IMG/VR virus record: IMGVR_UViG_3300042256_000025
Length of the DNA stretch: 64,000 nucleotides
DNA from: a virus
Lineage: Duplodnaviria; Caudoviricetes
Direction: 5' to 3' (one strand)
In this document: positions 39,128 through 48,508 of the stretch, one piece after another
Position numbering within the stretch: the stretch's first letter is position 1
Layout: every line of letters begins with the position of its first letter
Notes under the pieces: model-generated
What the model was told of the DNA's origin: nothing
The model's input: the letters and a program-made list of their open reading frames with translations, nothing else
Databases searched by the model: none
Made by a program: the position numbers and the translations under genes

Positions 39128-39539
39128 GTAATTCTCCGTTCGCATCAAAGGCCTGTATAAACTGCAAGGTGCCGGTTGAGTTGTCCGCCTGTAAGAGGCG
39201 CTGCAGGTCATAGCGCTGCCCTTCCCAACTACCGCTGATGTGTAGGTCAAAGGTCATCTTACCCCCCACACTGGCACCGTCATTCAATGTAAAGCTCACA
39301 TCTACATTGGAGAAGTAACGACTATAGTAAAGCTTAACCGCTTTCTCAACTTCCGAGGTCAGTTCAGTTGGATTCTGACCGTGCTGGGACAGTACGTACT
39401 GCAAACTCGTGACGCTGCCGCGATACACGTTGGATTGTGAGTAGTCTGTTAAAAACATATGGGAAAAAAGTCGGGTCATAATGAGGGTTGGATCCTGTAA
39501 CCAGCCTTCACCCGACAACATAGGCAGTGTTGTGGTCAT
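39120..39539 (-). CDS. Conserved hypothetical protein
   Basis: Likely start MTTTLP with AGGAG RBS; TDYSQSNVYRGSVTSL. Confidence 0.6.
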   Translation of the reverse strand: MTTTLPMLSGEGWLQDPTLIMTRLFSHMFLTDYSQSNVYRGSVTSLQYVLSQHGQNPTELTSEVEKAVKLYYSRYFSNVDVSFTLNDGASVGGKMTFDLHISGSWEGQRYDLQRLLQADNSTGTLQFIQAFDANGELHG

Positions 39540-39614
39540 TGCAGTCAATCTCCTATTTATATAGCATCCATGCACCGCCTCATTATTTACTACAAAAAAT
39601 AGCCCCCGAAAGGG

Positions 39615-39917
39615 CTATCGTCGCTCCGTGTTTAAATGACCGAGCAACATAAAGAACGCATTTACCCGATAGTCCTCAACCGCTTCTTCAATGCCACGGT
39701 GAATACGCTCCGCATTCGCAACATAGAGACCCTTATAGTACGGATGGAATTCCGGTACGGGGTTCCCCCCGTAGTGGTTAGAGTAGGTCTCTAACCCTGT
39801 CCAAAGCTCACTGACAATCCCCTCTGTAATGCGCGATTCGATCGCCTGAAGAGGCGTGCCCTTAGGCACAACCTCTTCCCAGCTCACGGTTTTACATTCC
39901 ACTATTTCGTTTGACAT
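39615..39917 (-). CDS. Hypothetical protein
   Basis: ORF starting 2 nt after the stop of the upstream gene. Confidence 0.5.
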   Translation of the reverse strand: MSNEIVECKTVSWEEVVPKGTPLQAIESRITEGIVSELWTGLETYSNHYGGNPVPEFHPYYKGLYVANAERIHRGIEEAVEDYRVNAFFMLLGHLNTERR

Positions 39918-39919
39918 AC

Positions 39920-40576
39920 TTACCCCACAGTGGCATTCCACTCAGACGTTGGATCGGACAGCCCTTCATCCAATGCATCCTCCGCAACCGCCCATGCCAT
40001 CTGGATAGCTGCCTTTTCGAGGTGCTGTAGGCGAGAGTCCATGCCGATCAGAGGCTCGTAGTAGTTTACGTAGCATTCCGGCACCTGCACAGGTGGGTTT
40101 TCCATCTCCTCTAATTGTCGCAGGGTATACTTAGGCATAATAATACCTTCAGTAGCCTGTCTATAATCGTAGAAGTCTCTCCCATTGGCATCCGGTGCAG
40201 GATCTACATACCGATTCCAGTACCCTTCAATGCGGTCATCCTGGTAATACTCCCGTACGGTTGGGTTGGCCATTACCCAACGCACCATACTGTTCGGGGC
40301 CTGCTGTAGAGACCCTACGTCCCAGATAGGACGAATGGAATCGTCCTGCCAGAAGTTACGGATTTTGTACCGGATTGCCTGTACGTGTCGACCGATCTCA
40401 GACTCTCTGAACTTTTCAAACCCCGTCATTACCCGGTCACGGATAAAGGACGGTGCATTCGGTATCGCAGCCATATAAGACTGGATTCCCGATTGAATGT
40501 AGTTCATGGCGTCATTGCTCGAGGGCGCAAATAGCGCCGAAGCCATGGTGTCAGGATCGGAGTATATTACTGCCAT
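39920..40576 (-). CDS. Conserved early core protein (phiKZ gp59-like, tentative)
   Basis: LQQAPNSMVRWVMANP, C-terminal DPTS; AAGGAG RBS and early promoter. Confidence 0.6.
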   Translation of the reverse strand: MAVIYSDPDTMASALFAPSSNDAMNYIQSGIQSYMAAIPNAPSFIRDRVMTGFEKFRESEIGRHVQAIRYKIRNFWQDDSIRPIWDVGSLQQAPNSMVRWVMANPTVREYYQDDRIEGYWNRYVDPAPDANGRDFYDYRQATEGIIMPKYTLRQLEEMENPPVQVPECYVNYYEPLIGMDSRLQHLEKAAIQMAWAVAEDALDEGLSDPTSEWNATVG

Positions 40577-40607
40577 TGTGTTACTCCTTTGTTAAAGGTT
40601 CACTATA

Positions 40608-40618
40608 GTAATATAGGT
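40608..40618 (-). promoter_or_regulatory. Early promoter motif
   Basis: ACCTATATTAC 32 nt upstream of ATG 40576. Confidence 0.75.
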
Positions 40619-41200
40619 TTACTCAGGGACTGGGTTTACCTTAATCGGATACCAAGCTAGCCCTTGCTCACCTACCATCCGTCGGTAGTGTACGAGTTTA
40701 ATTTCATCAGTATATAGGTCTACCGTACGCAAAATGCAGTCTTCTCCCGGTCTAGAGAGAGCCGCATCCAGTGTAATGCTCTGAATACCCTTTACGGTCG
40801 GTAGCTGAAATCGACCCTGCGCCCCTGCATCTGCATGGATACCCAGCGTTTGGCCCTGCAATTCCGTTACCTCAAAACACCGTACGTAATTACGAATAGC
40901 GCCATCATTTAACAGTGCCGTAAAGCAGCAGGTACCAATAGTGCCATCCTCACTGGCCGATAAGGAAATGTGTTCCCGCATAATGCGGTTACGATCAAAT
41001 CCCAATCCGTAGGGGTACAGTGTAACCGTACCCATGTCCGACGTGCGCCCCATAGCGATGCAGACCCCACCCTCTTCGATAGGGTGTATTACAATACCTG
41101 CCCCTGGGTGAAGCATAGACGACCCCCCATTGGCCGGACGAGGTACCCCACATACGCTGAGGTAGTTAAGATATTCCTCGGTATCATCAAAGAGCTTCAT
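40619..41200 (-). CDS. Hypothetical protein
   Basis: 193 aa, AAGGAGG RBS, ATGA overlap with the HTH gene. Confidence 0.65.
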   Translation of the reverse strand: MKLFDDTEEYLNYLSVCGVPRPANGGSSMLHPGAGIVIHPIEEGGVCIAMGRTSDMGTVTLYPYGLGFDRNRIMREHISLSASEDGTIGTCCFTALLNDGAIRNYVRCFEVTELQGQTLGIHADAGAQGRFQLPTVKGIQSITLDAALSRPGEDCILRTVDLYTDEIKLVHYRRMVGEQGLAWYPIKVNPVPE

Positions 41201-41526
41201 ACGACACCTCCTTTAGATACGTTGCGATCACTGCGCCTGGTCTTCGGGTCCTCCAGTCGCGCCAGCAGGTCTGTAACGGCCTTTTCACTCACCCGTACAG
41301 TAAACCCACCGTCCTTTAATTCCTTGCTGAAAGTGACCCCCATGTCCGCCAGTGACTCCTCCATGAGTTCAACTGTAGACAGCCTCATCTCCATCTCCAG
41401 TGTCTCATTGCGTGCAATCGTAGATTTAGCCAGCCCTAATAAATCTGCAAACTCTTGCTGGCCCATGGCGACAGCACTTCGCCCTACCCGCATCATTAAT
41501 GCGGCTCGTGCAGCAGAATGATTCAT
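41197..41526 (-). CDS. XRE-family helix-turn-helix DNA-binding protein
   Basis: RSAVAMGQQEFADLLGLAKSTIARNE; strong GGAGGAGG RBS. Confidence 0.8.
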   Translation of the reverse strand: MNHSAARAALMMRVGRSAVAMGQQEFADLLGLAKSTIARNETLEMEMRLSTVELMEESLADMGVTFSKELKDGGFTVRVSEKAVTDLLARLEDPKTRRSDRNVSKGGVV

Positions 41527-41562
41527 ATTAGTCCTCCTCCTACCTCTAGTAAAACGCAGCCC

Positions 41563-41769
41563 TTAAGAGGCTGCGTCCTTTATTGCATAGTCTTCTTCTT
41601 CCAGCCAGTTAGCCAGTACACCAACATCCACCTCAGGCAGACTCGATGCACCGTTAAACTCTCCAGGATCCGTATACGAATGAATACCGTAATGTGGACG
41701 GTAATACTCAAACGCATCGTGCTGCTGCTTCGAGAGCGCTATCATGCCACTGAGCTGATCCCCGTCGAA
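41563..41769 (-). CDS. rpoC: nvRNAP beta' N-terminal subunit, exon 2 (phiKZ gp56.1-like)
   Basis: Begins FDGDQLSG directly after the intron terminal G at 41770. Confidence 0.9.
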   Translation of the reverse strand, partial: FDGDQLSGMIALSKQQHDAFEYYRPHYGIHSYTDPGEFNGASSLPEVDVGVLANWLEEEDYAIKDAAS

Positions 41770-43231
41770 CCTTCTGTCCACTACAGACGCGACTCTGTAG
41801 CCGGTGTGCTTCGACACCCACCCCTGCTTTCACAGGGGAGCAGACCATATCACCTTCCTTCCACAGCGTGGTTAGGAAGCCTCCCGTATGGCAGGCGCTT
41901 GCCCGCTACTCCGCGCTACCGGATGGCCGTTGAACTCACTCCGTGTTACCCATAGGTAAGGTAGGAGCTTCGCTGCGTCGGTTGCCCAATCTCTAAGGGT
42001 TTTTACCATGCCTCTCACTTCCATTACTGGGAGAGGGATTACCCTACCTTTCGGTGGGTAAGGGGTACCTTAGAGCTATCAGGGGTTTCCCGCAGTTAGA
42101 GAGGATCCCTTAAACATCTCTGCCTAAGGGGACTTAGGATGTTTCCCTAGATAAGTGATGTGGTAGTGTTTCCATCTACCGTGGTTTTTCCATACGCTTC
42201 TTGCAACTGCCGCCTTGGTGGCGCCGACAGACGTAGCGAACTCTAAGATAGATTTGTATACCTCAGAAGTATCGGTCTTCAAGTTTATTACCCTTACAGG
42301 CAAAGGCTTCCGAACAGGGGCCGTAGGCTTTGGATTTTCCTTAGCCTCGACTTCCACAAACCCAGTAGTGTCAATACCGGCTGTGTGTAGATAAGTAAAC
42401 CAATAGCCATTTAAAATGTATTTTCTCCCCCGCTTTATGGCCTTATTGATCACCGCCCCACTGCGATTGAACGCCTCCGCACATGCGGTTAGTGTTGGGT
42501 AAATATACTTTACGTCGCCCTCATCTACCGGTATAGCCAGAACGGCTTTCGGTCGCCCACGTCTAGGGGTACCTATGTCTTCACGTGCTAAGCATGGCCA
42601 GGGCTCACCCTCAACGCGCAGACTAAAGAACTCCATAAAGGGCTCTTTTCTACCGCCCTTTAAATACCTATGGATGGCTTCGCCGTTCCGCTTAAAGTGT
42701 CGTGCTGCAGCCTGAAGGCTGTTAAAAGTAGTGACCGTACTATCACGTAGATCCATTACCTCAACCACCAAGTTATCAGTCCGCAACCCACTTTCGTAGG
42801 CGTGTCGAAGGTTACCGCTATAGCAAGTCCATTCTAAATTGCCAACAGATGAATCTGACTTGTCACCGTTGATGTGGTTTATAACAACCTCTTCCGGTTT
42901 TTTGGGCGAGGGTAGAAAGGTCTCACCCACTAGCCGGTGTATAAGGCGGGTACCATCTACTTTGTTATAGACTGCCGGATAACCAGACACAGTGGTCTGT
43001 GTCGCAGGTAAGTCAGTTAGAAGGTCATAAACCTCTCCAGCGGAATTAACAGCAAAGGTTTCACACCCAGCTGCCAAAACAAATCCATCCAAAGATTTAA
43101 TGCGCGTATGGTTGTCGGTAGGGTCAATCATCTTTATACCTCACATGTTATAGGTCCAAATGATTGTACCCATACTTTATTTTTTACCAGTAGTTACAAT
43201 CAACTTACTAGGGTTAACACTCCTAACGATT
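41770..43231 (-). mobile_element. Group I intron with HNH ORF inside the RNAP catalytic motif NAD|FDGD
   Basis: Exon ends GAU; P1 cugaU-aauc-Guuag; P AACTGCGGGAA, Q GACGCAGCG, R GTTCAACGGCCA, S GATATGGTC; terminal G. Confidence 0.92.
42124..43131 (-). CDS. Intron-encoded HNH homing endonuclease
   Basis: LIHRLVGETF..INHINGDKSDSSVGNLEWTCYSGNLRH plus NUMOD1-like repeats. Confidence 0.9.
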   Translation of the reverse strand: MIDPTDNHTRIKSLDGFVLAAGCETFAVNSAGEVYDLLTDLPATQTTVSGYPAVYNKVDGTRLIHRLVGETFLPSPKKPEEVVINHINGDKSDSSVGNLEWTCYSGNLRHAYESGLRTDNLVVEVMDLRDSTVTTFNSLQAAARHFKRNGEAIHRYLKGGRKEPFMEFFSLRVEGEPWPCLAREDIGTPRRGRPKAVLAIPVDEGDVKYIYPTLTACAEAFNRSGAVINKAIKRGRKYILNGYWFTYLHTAGIDTTGFVEVEAKENPKPTAPVRKPLPVRVINLKTDTSEVYKSILEFATSVGATKAAVARSVWKNHGRWKHYHITYLGKHPKSP

Positions 43232-44467
43232 ATCAGCGTTAGGAGCCTTCGTGCATAAAACTGACAACGTCGACACTCCTGAGGTCAGAGCATGTATATG
43301 CATGCACTGAATACTTCCCCTCGCAAGGGTCGGATAGCGGACCCACAGACAGCGTACGCCTTTACCCCCTGGGGCCTCTTGGAAGATCTCATAGAGTAGC
43401 TCCTCTAGCAGTGCATTGCGTGTGATGGTGTGACGATCGATGTATTCCCAGGCTTCTCGATGACTATAGCCCTTCTTGTAGAGTTTATTCAACAAGTGAA
43501 CTTTAAACATCGTAACCGCTTGAGAGTACGGGATCTTTATTTGCTCATAGTCATGTACCCCTGATTCCGAGACAATCACAGACCGGAATGCAAACGGTGT
43601 GCGTCCACCAAAGACGGTGTTACGCAGGAGACCTTCCTTTTTGGAGAAGGGGTCACCGAACATGTCGCTGTAGTAGCTAGCCAGCGAGTTAATGATGGAG
43701 GTAATCTTGCCTTCTAAGCGGCGTACGTTTGCATAGGTCTCCTCGTCGATAGACGTAATAGTGCGGGCCGCGTCTAGCGCTTCACGAATAGCGGTATCGG
43801 CATAGGTACCCGTAGCCGTGTTCTCCATGACGAATGCGATCTTATTCGGCATGGGGAGGTGTTGTGGAAAGAAGCGGTCCCGGTAGACGGTGAAAAACGT
43901 CTGCATGGACTCGCGTTCGTGTCTGGGCAATAGGGTTAAAATGGCCTCAGCGATATCATCAAAGTGGGCAATGAAATTATTCAGGCCTCTTGGGATGCCT
44001 GTTTTCATTAACCTATGTTTAATCATCGAGGCTTTCTTATTTGACTCAGGGGGATCTTCCATGAGTGGTGCACAGAACCACTGTAGTACATTAAAGCGTG
44101 ATCCAGTCATTATTGGAGATAGAATCATCCACAGCATTGGATTTACAAGGCTATAGATGCCTTGAGGGGCACGGAACCATACATTAGAGACGATCTCTTG
44201 GTCACCGGCTGCCTCTACACGGGTATTGCACTTAGGACAGAGTTGCCCTAGGTTATAGCCATAGGAGAGGTGACCACAGCTGCAGGAGGGAATCGATTCC
44301 AGTGTATCGGTGTGGTCATAAGTTGTCATGATCATAGCGTTCAATGCATCCCGCTCTTCCTTCGTTCGGGCCGGAACATCATTCAGGATGATCGGTGTGA
44401 AAGGGAGGGAGTGGAAGGCCCGATCGTGGTCATGGATAGAGAAAGCAATCATTTCATTCTCGTGCAT
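43232..44467 (-). CDS. rpoC: nvRNAP beta' N-terminal subunit, exon 1 (phiKZ gp55-like)
   Basis: Zn ribbon SCSCG..CPKC, KEGLLRNTVFGGR, RYPTL, ends KAPNAD; spliced product 480 aa. Confidence 0.92.
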
Positions 44468-44631
44468 GGTTTTATCCCTCTATATGTAATGGAATTATGA
44501 AAAAAATAATAACTATAGATAAAGGACTACTTTACAGTAAACCCTTATCTACTACAATGTAAGGTTAGAATTTAACTTAGACGCCTACCACACAAAACAT
44601 TATGTCTATGTGGTAACTTCTCCCTACATTG

Positions 44632-44653
44632 GCATTCTACAGCATTAGAATGC
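44632..44653. other. Perfect 8-bp inverted repeat just downstream of the last lectin-like gene
   Basis: gcattcta-cagcat-tagaatgc, 11 nt after the stop at 44665. Confidence 0.5.
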
Positions 44654-44664
44654 AACAATAGACT

Positions 44665-45186
44665 TTAAACTGTAATTCTCTTAAAAGGAATTACCCAGTA
44701 ACTGCTGGTCTTGTTGGCGTAGTACCAATTCCCACCGCTGAAGTTAAGCACCCAGGCGTTGTAGGAACTGAACTCGGAAGAGGACCAGACGATCGCCGTG
44801 GGTAGACTGCCACTACTATCTAACGCATCTATCTGAGTCCTATTATTATAAATAAGCTGTAAATCGGATGCATTGGGCAGGTCATACCCTAGACTACGAC
44901 AATATTCTGCTGCAGGGCATCCAATGTTACCATACGAATCAGAGATAGAATTGTAAGTAGGACTAACCAATACACTAGTATTGTACACGGAAGAGTTTGG
45001 ATCAGTAGGGGTAGTGGGTGAGCCATTAGTACCACTTGCATTAGGCAGATTAGTATCAGTACCGTATAAACCCCAATCTTTAGTAGTACGTAGGCTAGCT
45101 GGAGCTACTACTAACCAGTCTCCATTATCCTGTCCAAAGATAATCCCTCCATACGGAAGGGTTGTACCAATCTTTATATCACTCAT
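44665..45186 (-). CDS. DUF1566/C-type-lectin-fold protein, putative DGR target (copy 3)
   Basis: AAEYC..YDLPNASDL..VWSSSE..AW...F..G..WVIPFKR; variable region 44692..44799. Confidence 0.8.
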   Translation of the reverse strand: MSDIKIGTTLPYGGIIFGQDNGDWLVVAPASLRTTKDWGLYGTDTNLPNASGTNGSPTTPTDPNSSVYNTSVLVSPTYNSISDSYGNIGCPAAEYCRSLGYDLPNASDLQLIYNNRTQIDALDSSGSLPTAIVWSSSEFSSYNAWVLNFSGGNWYYANKTSSYWVIPFKRITV

Positions 45187-45215
45187 AGCTATACCTTCTT
45201 TTTTGCTAATGTACA

Positions 45216-45782
45216 TTAGTTTTGTATATGAATTCTCTTAAATGGCACTACCCAGCAGATGCTGTGTTTGTAGCTGTAGTACCAATTCCCATTGCTGAAA
45301 TAAAGCATCCAGGCACTATAGGAATTGTACTCGGAAGAGGTCCAGACGCGCGTCGTGCCATACTCTGGCATATTCCCAAACTCAATAACCGATAGTGTGG
45401 GCCCTTCGGTGGTATCTGTAGCATCAATAGCTACCCTATTATCGTAGATTAGCTGCAAATCAGATGCATTGGGTAGGTCGTACCCTAGAGTACGACAGTA
45501 TTCTGCAGCGGGGCAGCCTACGTTGCCAAATGCATCGATAGTAGCACTATACTCATTACTAGTCAATGTACTAGTATTGTACTTACTACTATTCATATCG
45601 TTTGGTTTAGTAGGTGAGCCAACACTGCCACTCGTATTTGGAAGACTAGTATCTGTAGCGTATAATCCCCATGGCTTAATGATACGCTTACTAGCTGGAG
45701 CTACCACCAGCCAATCCCCACCATCTTCTCCGAATACAACCCCTCCGTCCTCTAATACACTACCTACCTTTAAGCCGCTCAT
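45216..45782 (-). CDS. DUF1566/C-type-lectin-fold protein, putative DGR target (copy 2, more diverged)
   Basis: Same architecture; variable region 45249..45356. Confidence 0.8.
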   Translation of the reverse strand: MSGLKVGSVLEDGGVVFGEDGGDWLVVAPASKRIIKPWGLYATDTSLPNTSGSVGSPTKPNDMNSSKYNTSTLTSNEYSATIDAFGNVGCPAAEYCRTLGYDLPNASDLQLIYDNRVAIDATDTTEGPTLSVIEFGNMPEYGTTRVWTSSEYNSYSAWMLYFSNGNWYYSYKHSICWVVPFKRIHIQN

Positions 45783-45809
45783 GGCTTTAGTACCCTTTGA
45801 CATTGTACA

Positions 45810-46376
45810 TTAGTTTTGTATATGAATTCTCTTAAAAGGAATTACCCAGCGACTGCCGAGCTTGTTGGTGCAGTTCCAATACCCATAGCTGAAGAGAAGA
45901 CTCCAGGCGTTGTAGGAACTGTACTCGGAAGAGGACCAGACGCTCGACGTGGTGGAGCCAGGGGCAGTACCAGAGGAAATAGCCGATAACGTAGCTCCAC
46001 CGCTAGTGTCCAATGCATCAATCTGAGTCCTATTATTATAAATAAGCTGTAAATCAGATGCATTGGGTAGGTCGTACCCTAGACTACGACAATACTCTGC
46101 TGCAGTAGCCCCTACATTACCCTGTCCATCATTGATGGAATTGTAAGTAGGGCTAGTAAGTACATCCGTATTGTATTCTGATGAGTTAGGGTCAGTAGGG
46201 GTAGTAGTAGTCCCACTGCCACTCGTCCAGTTTGGAAGACTAGTATCAGTACCGTATAAACCCCAATCTTTAGTAGTACGTAGGCTAGCTGGAGCTACTA
46301 CAAGCCAATCTCCATTATCTTCTCCAAATACAACTCCACCATCAGGAAGAATTGTACCAATCTTTAAATCAGTCAT
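45810..46376 (-). CDS. DUF1566/C-type-lectin-fold protein, putative DGR target (copy 1)
   Basis: Same architecture; GGAGG RBS; variable region 45843..45950. Confidence 0.8.
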   Translation of the reverse strand: MTDLKIGTILPDGGVVFGEDNGDWLVVAPASLRTTKDWGLYGTDTSLPNWTSGSGTTTTPTDPNSSEYNTDVLTSPTYNSINDGQGNVGATAAEYCRSLGYDLPNASDLQLIYNNRTQIDALDTSGGATLSAISSGTAPGSTTSSVWSSSEYSSYNAWSLLFSYGYWNCTNKLGSRWVIPFKRIHIQN

Positions 46377-46440
46377 TTGTACCCTCCATATGTAATAACA
46401 GTAGTTTATTACAGTAAATTATAATTAAAGTGGCATAGTA

Positions 46441-46469
46441 ATAAGGAGACCCCGAAGGGTCTCCTTATT
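46441..46469 (-). terminator. Terminator hairpin after chmA
   Basis: ataaggagacc-ccgaag-ggtctccttat. Confidence 0.7.
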
Positions 46470-46475
46470 ATGGTT

Positions 46476-48431
46476 TCATCGGTTAAAGGGCTTGTTGAAT
46501 ACGGGGTTGATGTAGCTACCACGCATCTGCTCACCCATCGGGCCGGTCTGACCGTACGGAGACTGGTAGAAACCAGCTGCGTTGTAGGTACCACCGAAGT
46601 TCGGGTCGATACCCTGACGCTGCATGCCCTGATCGTAAGCGACCATGTCATCGGAGATGATACGGACGTCATTGTTGATCAGTGCCTGTACCAGACAGGG
46701 AATGAAGTTCGGTGAGAAGTACACCCGAGTGGCCATGCCGTTGATGTTACAGTCACCGGCAACGGACATCAGGCAGCGACGACGATCGGACAGGTTAATG
46801 TTGTTAGCGATACCCGGAGTCATTGCTGCGGTAGCCTGGGCTACGAACTGCAAGTCTTTCGGAGATGCTGCCAGCATGGTCAGATAATCGATAGTGCGCA
46901 GGTCACGAGCGCGACCGTCCTTATCGGTGTAGGTACCGAGGTGGACAGTAACAGTATCGTGGTGCATCACCGCAGCCTTAGCGTTACCGCTGTTAGCCTG
47001 TGCCCACACCTGGGAGAAGGCTCCGCCAGTCAGTGCATCGCATTCAGCGATGATGTCATCATTGGCGCCAGAGCGCGGGTTCTGCGCTGCAGCAATGAAT
47101 ACAGACTGTACCCACTCCAGACGACCGCCCTGCTCCACGTCCAGTGCAACAGCAACATTCTGCGTGCACCACTTATTGGCCATGCTGAACGGGGTTTCCT
47201 TACCTTCCTCCGGTACCTTGTTCAGGGAGACGGATTCAACCGGCACCTTACCCAACGCTTCCGGACCACGACCATAGGGATCGTATTCCAGACCCAGCAG
47301 ACCGATGGACTGCTTCTGTGTCTTCTGACCCGGGTAGGTTTCGAAGACACGAACCCAACCATGGTTAGCGGTCATGGCCAGCGTTGCAACCAGACCCATC
47401 AGCTGGGTGCGCAGGTCTTCAATTGAACGTCCGGAGTTAGCCAGACCGGCCACCTCGGTCAATATCACGACCGGCATGTAACCCGGCTTCGGTACCTGCG
47501 GCTGCTGCAGCTGGGCGTACGGGGACGACTGCTGCTGGGTTATGATATTGAAGTCTATGTAACCGGACACTTCGGCCAAGTTATGCTCCTGAGTACCAGT
47601 GTGTACCTGGTACATGTCACCCTGCTTCTGATTCACACGGGTCAGTTTGATGGATGTATTAAAGTCAGCTGCAATCGGCTGGCCAATACGGTTCAAACGA
47701 CACTCACCCGGAGTGATTGTAGTGCGCTGACGCACTGCAACCTGTGGGTTACGCAGGTGCTTGGCGGTTACACGACCCACGCCCTGACCACCAGCAGCAT
47801 CGATGATCGCCAGATGTGCAGAGTCAAAGTACACTCGAGTCACCTCAGCAGAGGACAGGTCCGCTGCTTTCGGTACCACACAGTGGCCGATATGAACCAC
47901 ATCAGCCGGATTCACCTTGTACTGGCTAGCCACGAAGGTGGAGACCACTTCACGCAGCTTGCTATCGAAGCAGCGGGTGGTTGGTCGATCAGTGATGATG
48001 TCCTTCTGACCCGAATAATCTCGGATTGTCTCCACGATCGGTTCCAGCTTAGAGGACATCATGCCCTCAATCAACAGGTTGTACACTACGACCTGCTTGG
48101 TGGCGCTGGAAACCGCACACAGTGCCAACACCGGCAGATACAATTGCTGACTTGAAACGGAGACCACCTCCAGTTTCAGCATGTTGCTGATCTCTGGCAG
48201 TCCTGCCAGTCGCTTCATCTCTTCACTGAAGGCTGCGAAGCCTTCAGTATCCATACCACCGGACAGGGTGGTGACACCCAGGCCATCGAAAGGATCTGTA
48301 CCGTCATACTCGTTATAACGAGTATTGTTACTATACCCCTGTTGTGGCTGGGGCTGATGTGTCTGCTGTGCAGCCTGCGGCTGTGCAGTCTGGTCCGCAG
48401 TTTTGTTCTGAGAGTTGTCATTCACACGCAT
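46476..48431 (-). CDS. chmA: Chimallin, major phage-nucleus shell protein (phiKZ gp54/PhuN-like)
   Basis: 651 aa; disordered Q-rich N-terminus; VSGYIDF, VHLGTYTDKDGRARDLRTIDYL, ATRVYFSPNFI patterns; lies upstream of the RNAP beta' gene; early promoter; codon bias of a highly expressed gene. Confidence 0.85.
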   Translation of the reverse strand: MRVNDNSQNKTADQTAQPQAAQQTHQPQPQQGYSNNTRYNEYDGTDPFDGLGVTTLSGGMDTEGFAAFSEEMKRLAGLPEISNMLKLEVVSVSSQQLYLPVLALCAVSSATKQVVVYNLLIEGMMSSKLEPIVETIRDYSGQKDIITDRPTTRCFDSKLREVVSTFVASQYKVNPADVVHIGHCVVPKAADLSSAEVTRVYFDSAHLAIIDAAGGQGVGRVTAKHLRNPQVAVRQRTTITPGECRLNRIGQPIAADFNTSIKLTRVNQKQGDMYQVHTGTQEHNLAEVSGYIDFNIITQQQSSPYAQLQQPQVPKPGYMPVVILTEVAGLANSGRSIEDLRTQLMGLVATLAMTANHGWVRVFETYPGQKTQKQSIGLLGLEYDPYGRGPEALGKVPVESVSLNKVPEEGKETPFSMANKWCTQNVAVALDVEQGGRLEWVQSVFIAAAQNPRSGANDDIIAECDALTGGAFSQVWAQANSGNAKAAVMHHDTVTVHLGTYTDKDGRARDLRTIDYLTMLAASPKDLQFVAQATAAMTPGIANNINLSDRRRCLMSVAGDCNINGMATRVYFSPNFIPCLVQALINNDVRIISDDMVAYDQGMQRQGIDPNFGGTYNAAGFYQSPYGQTGPMGEQMRGSYINPVFNKPFNR

Positions 48432-48508
48432 GATTTCTTCCTTTTCATGAAAGTGTAGGGATCGCGGTTAAACTATTCGAATAGCCTAACAGATGCTAGA
48501 CCACTATT

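Noticed and set aside
40562-40570. Plus-strand TATATTAC match
   Set aside because: Lies inside a coding start, lacks the ACC prefix, and points antisense with no downstream gene.
44468-44664. Possible DGR template repeat beside the lectin genes
   Set aside because: No similarity to the variable regions and no AAC-rich run. No ORF in the window shows reverse transcriptase motifs.
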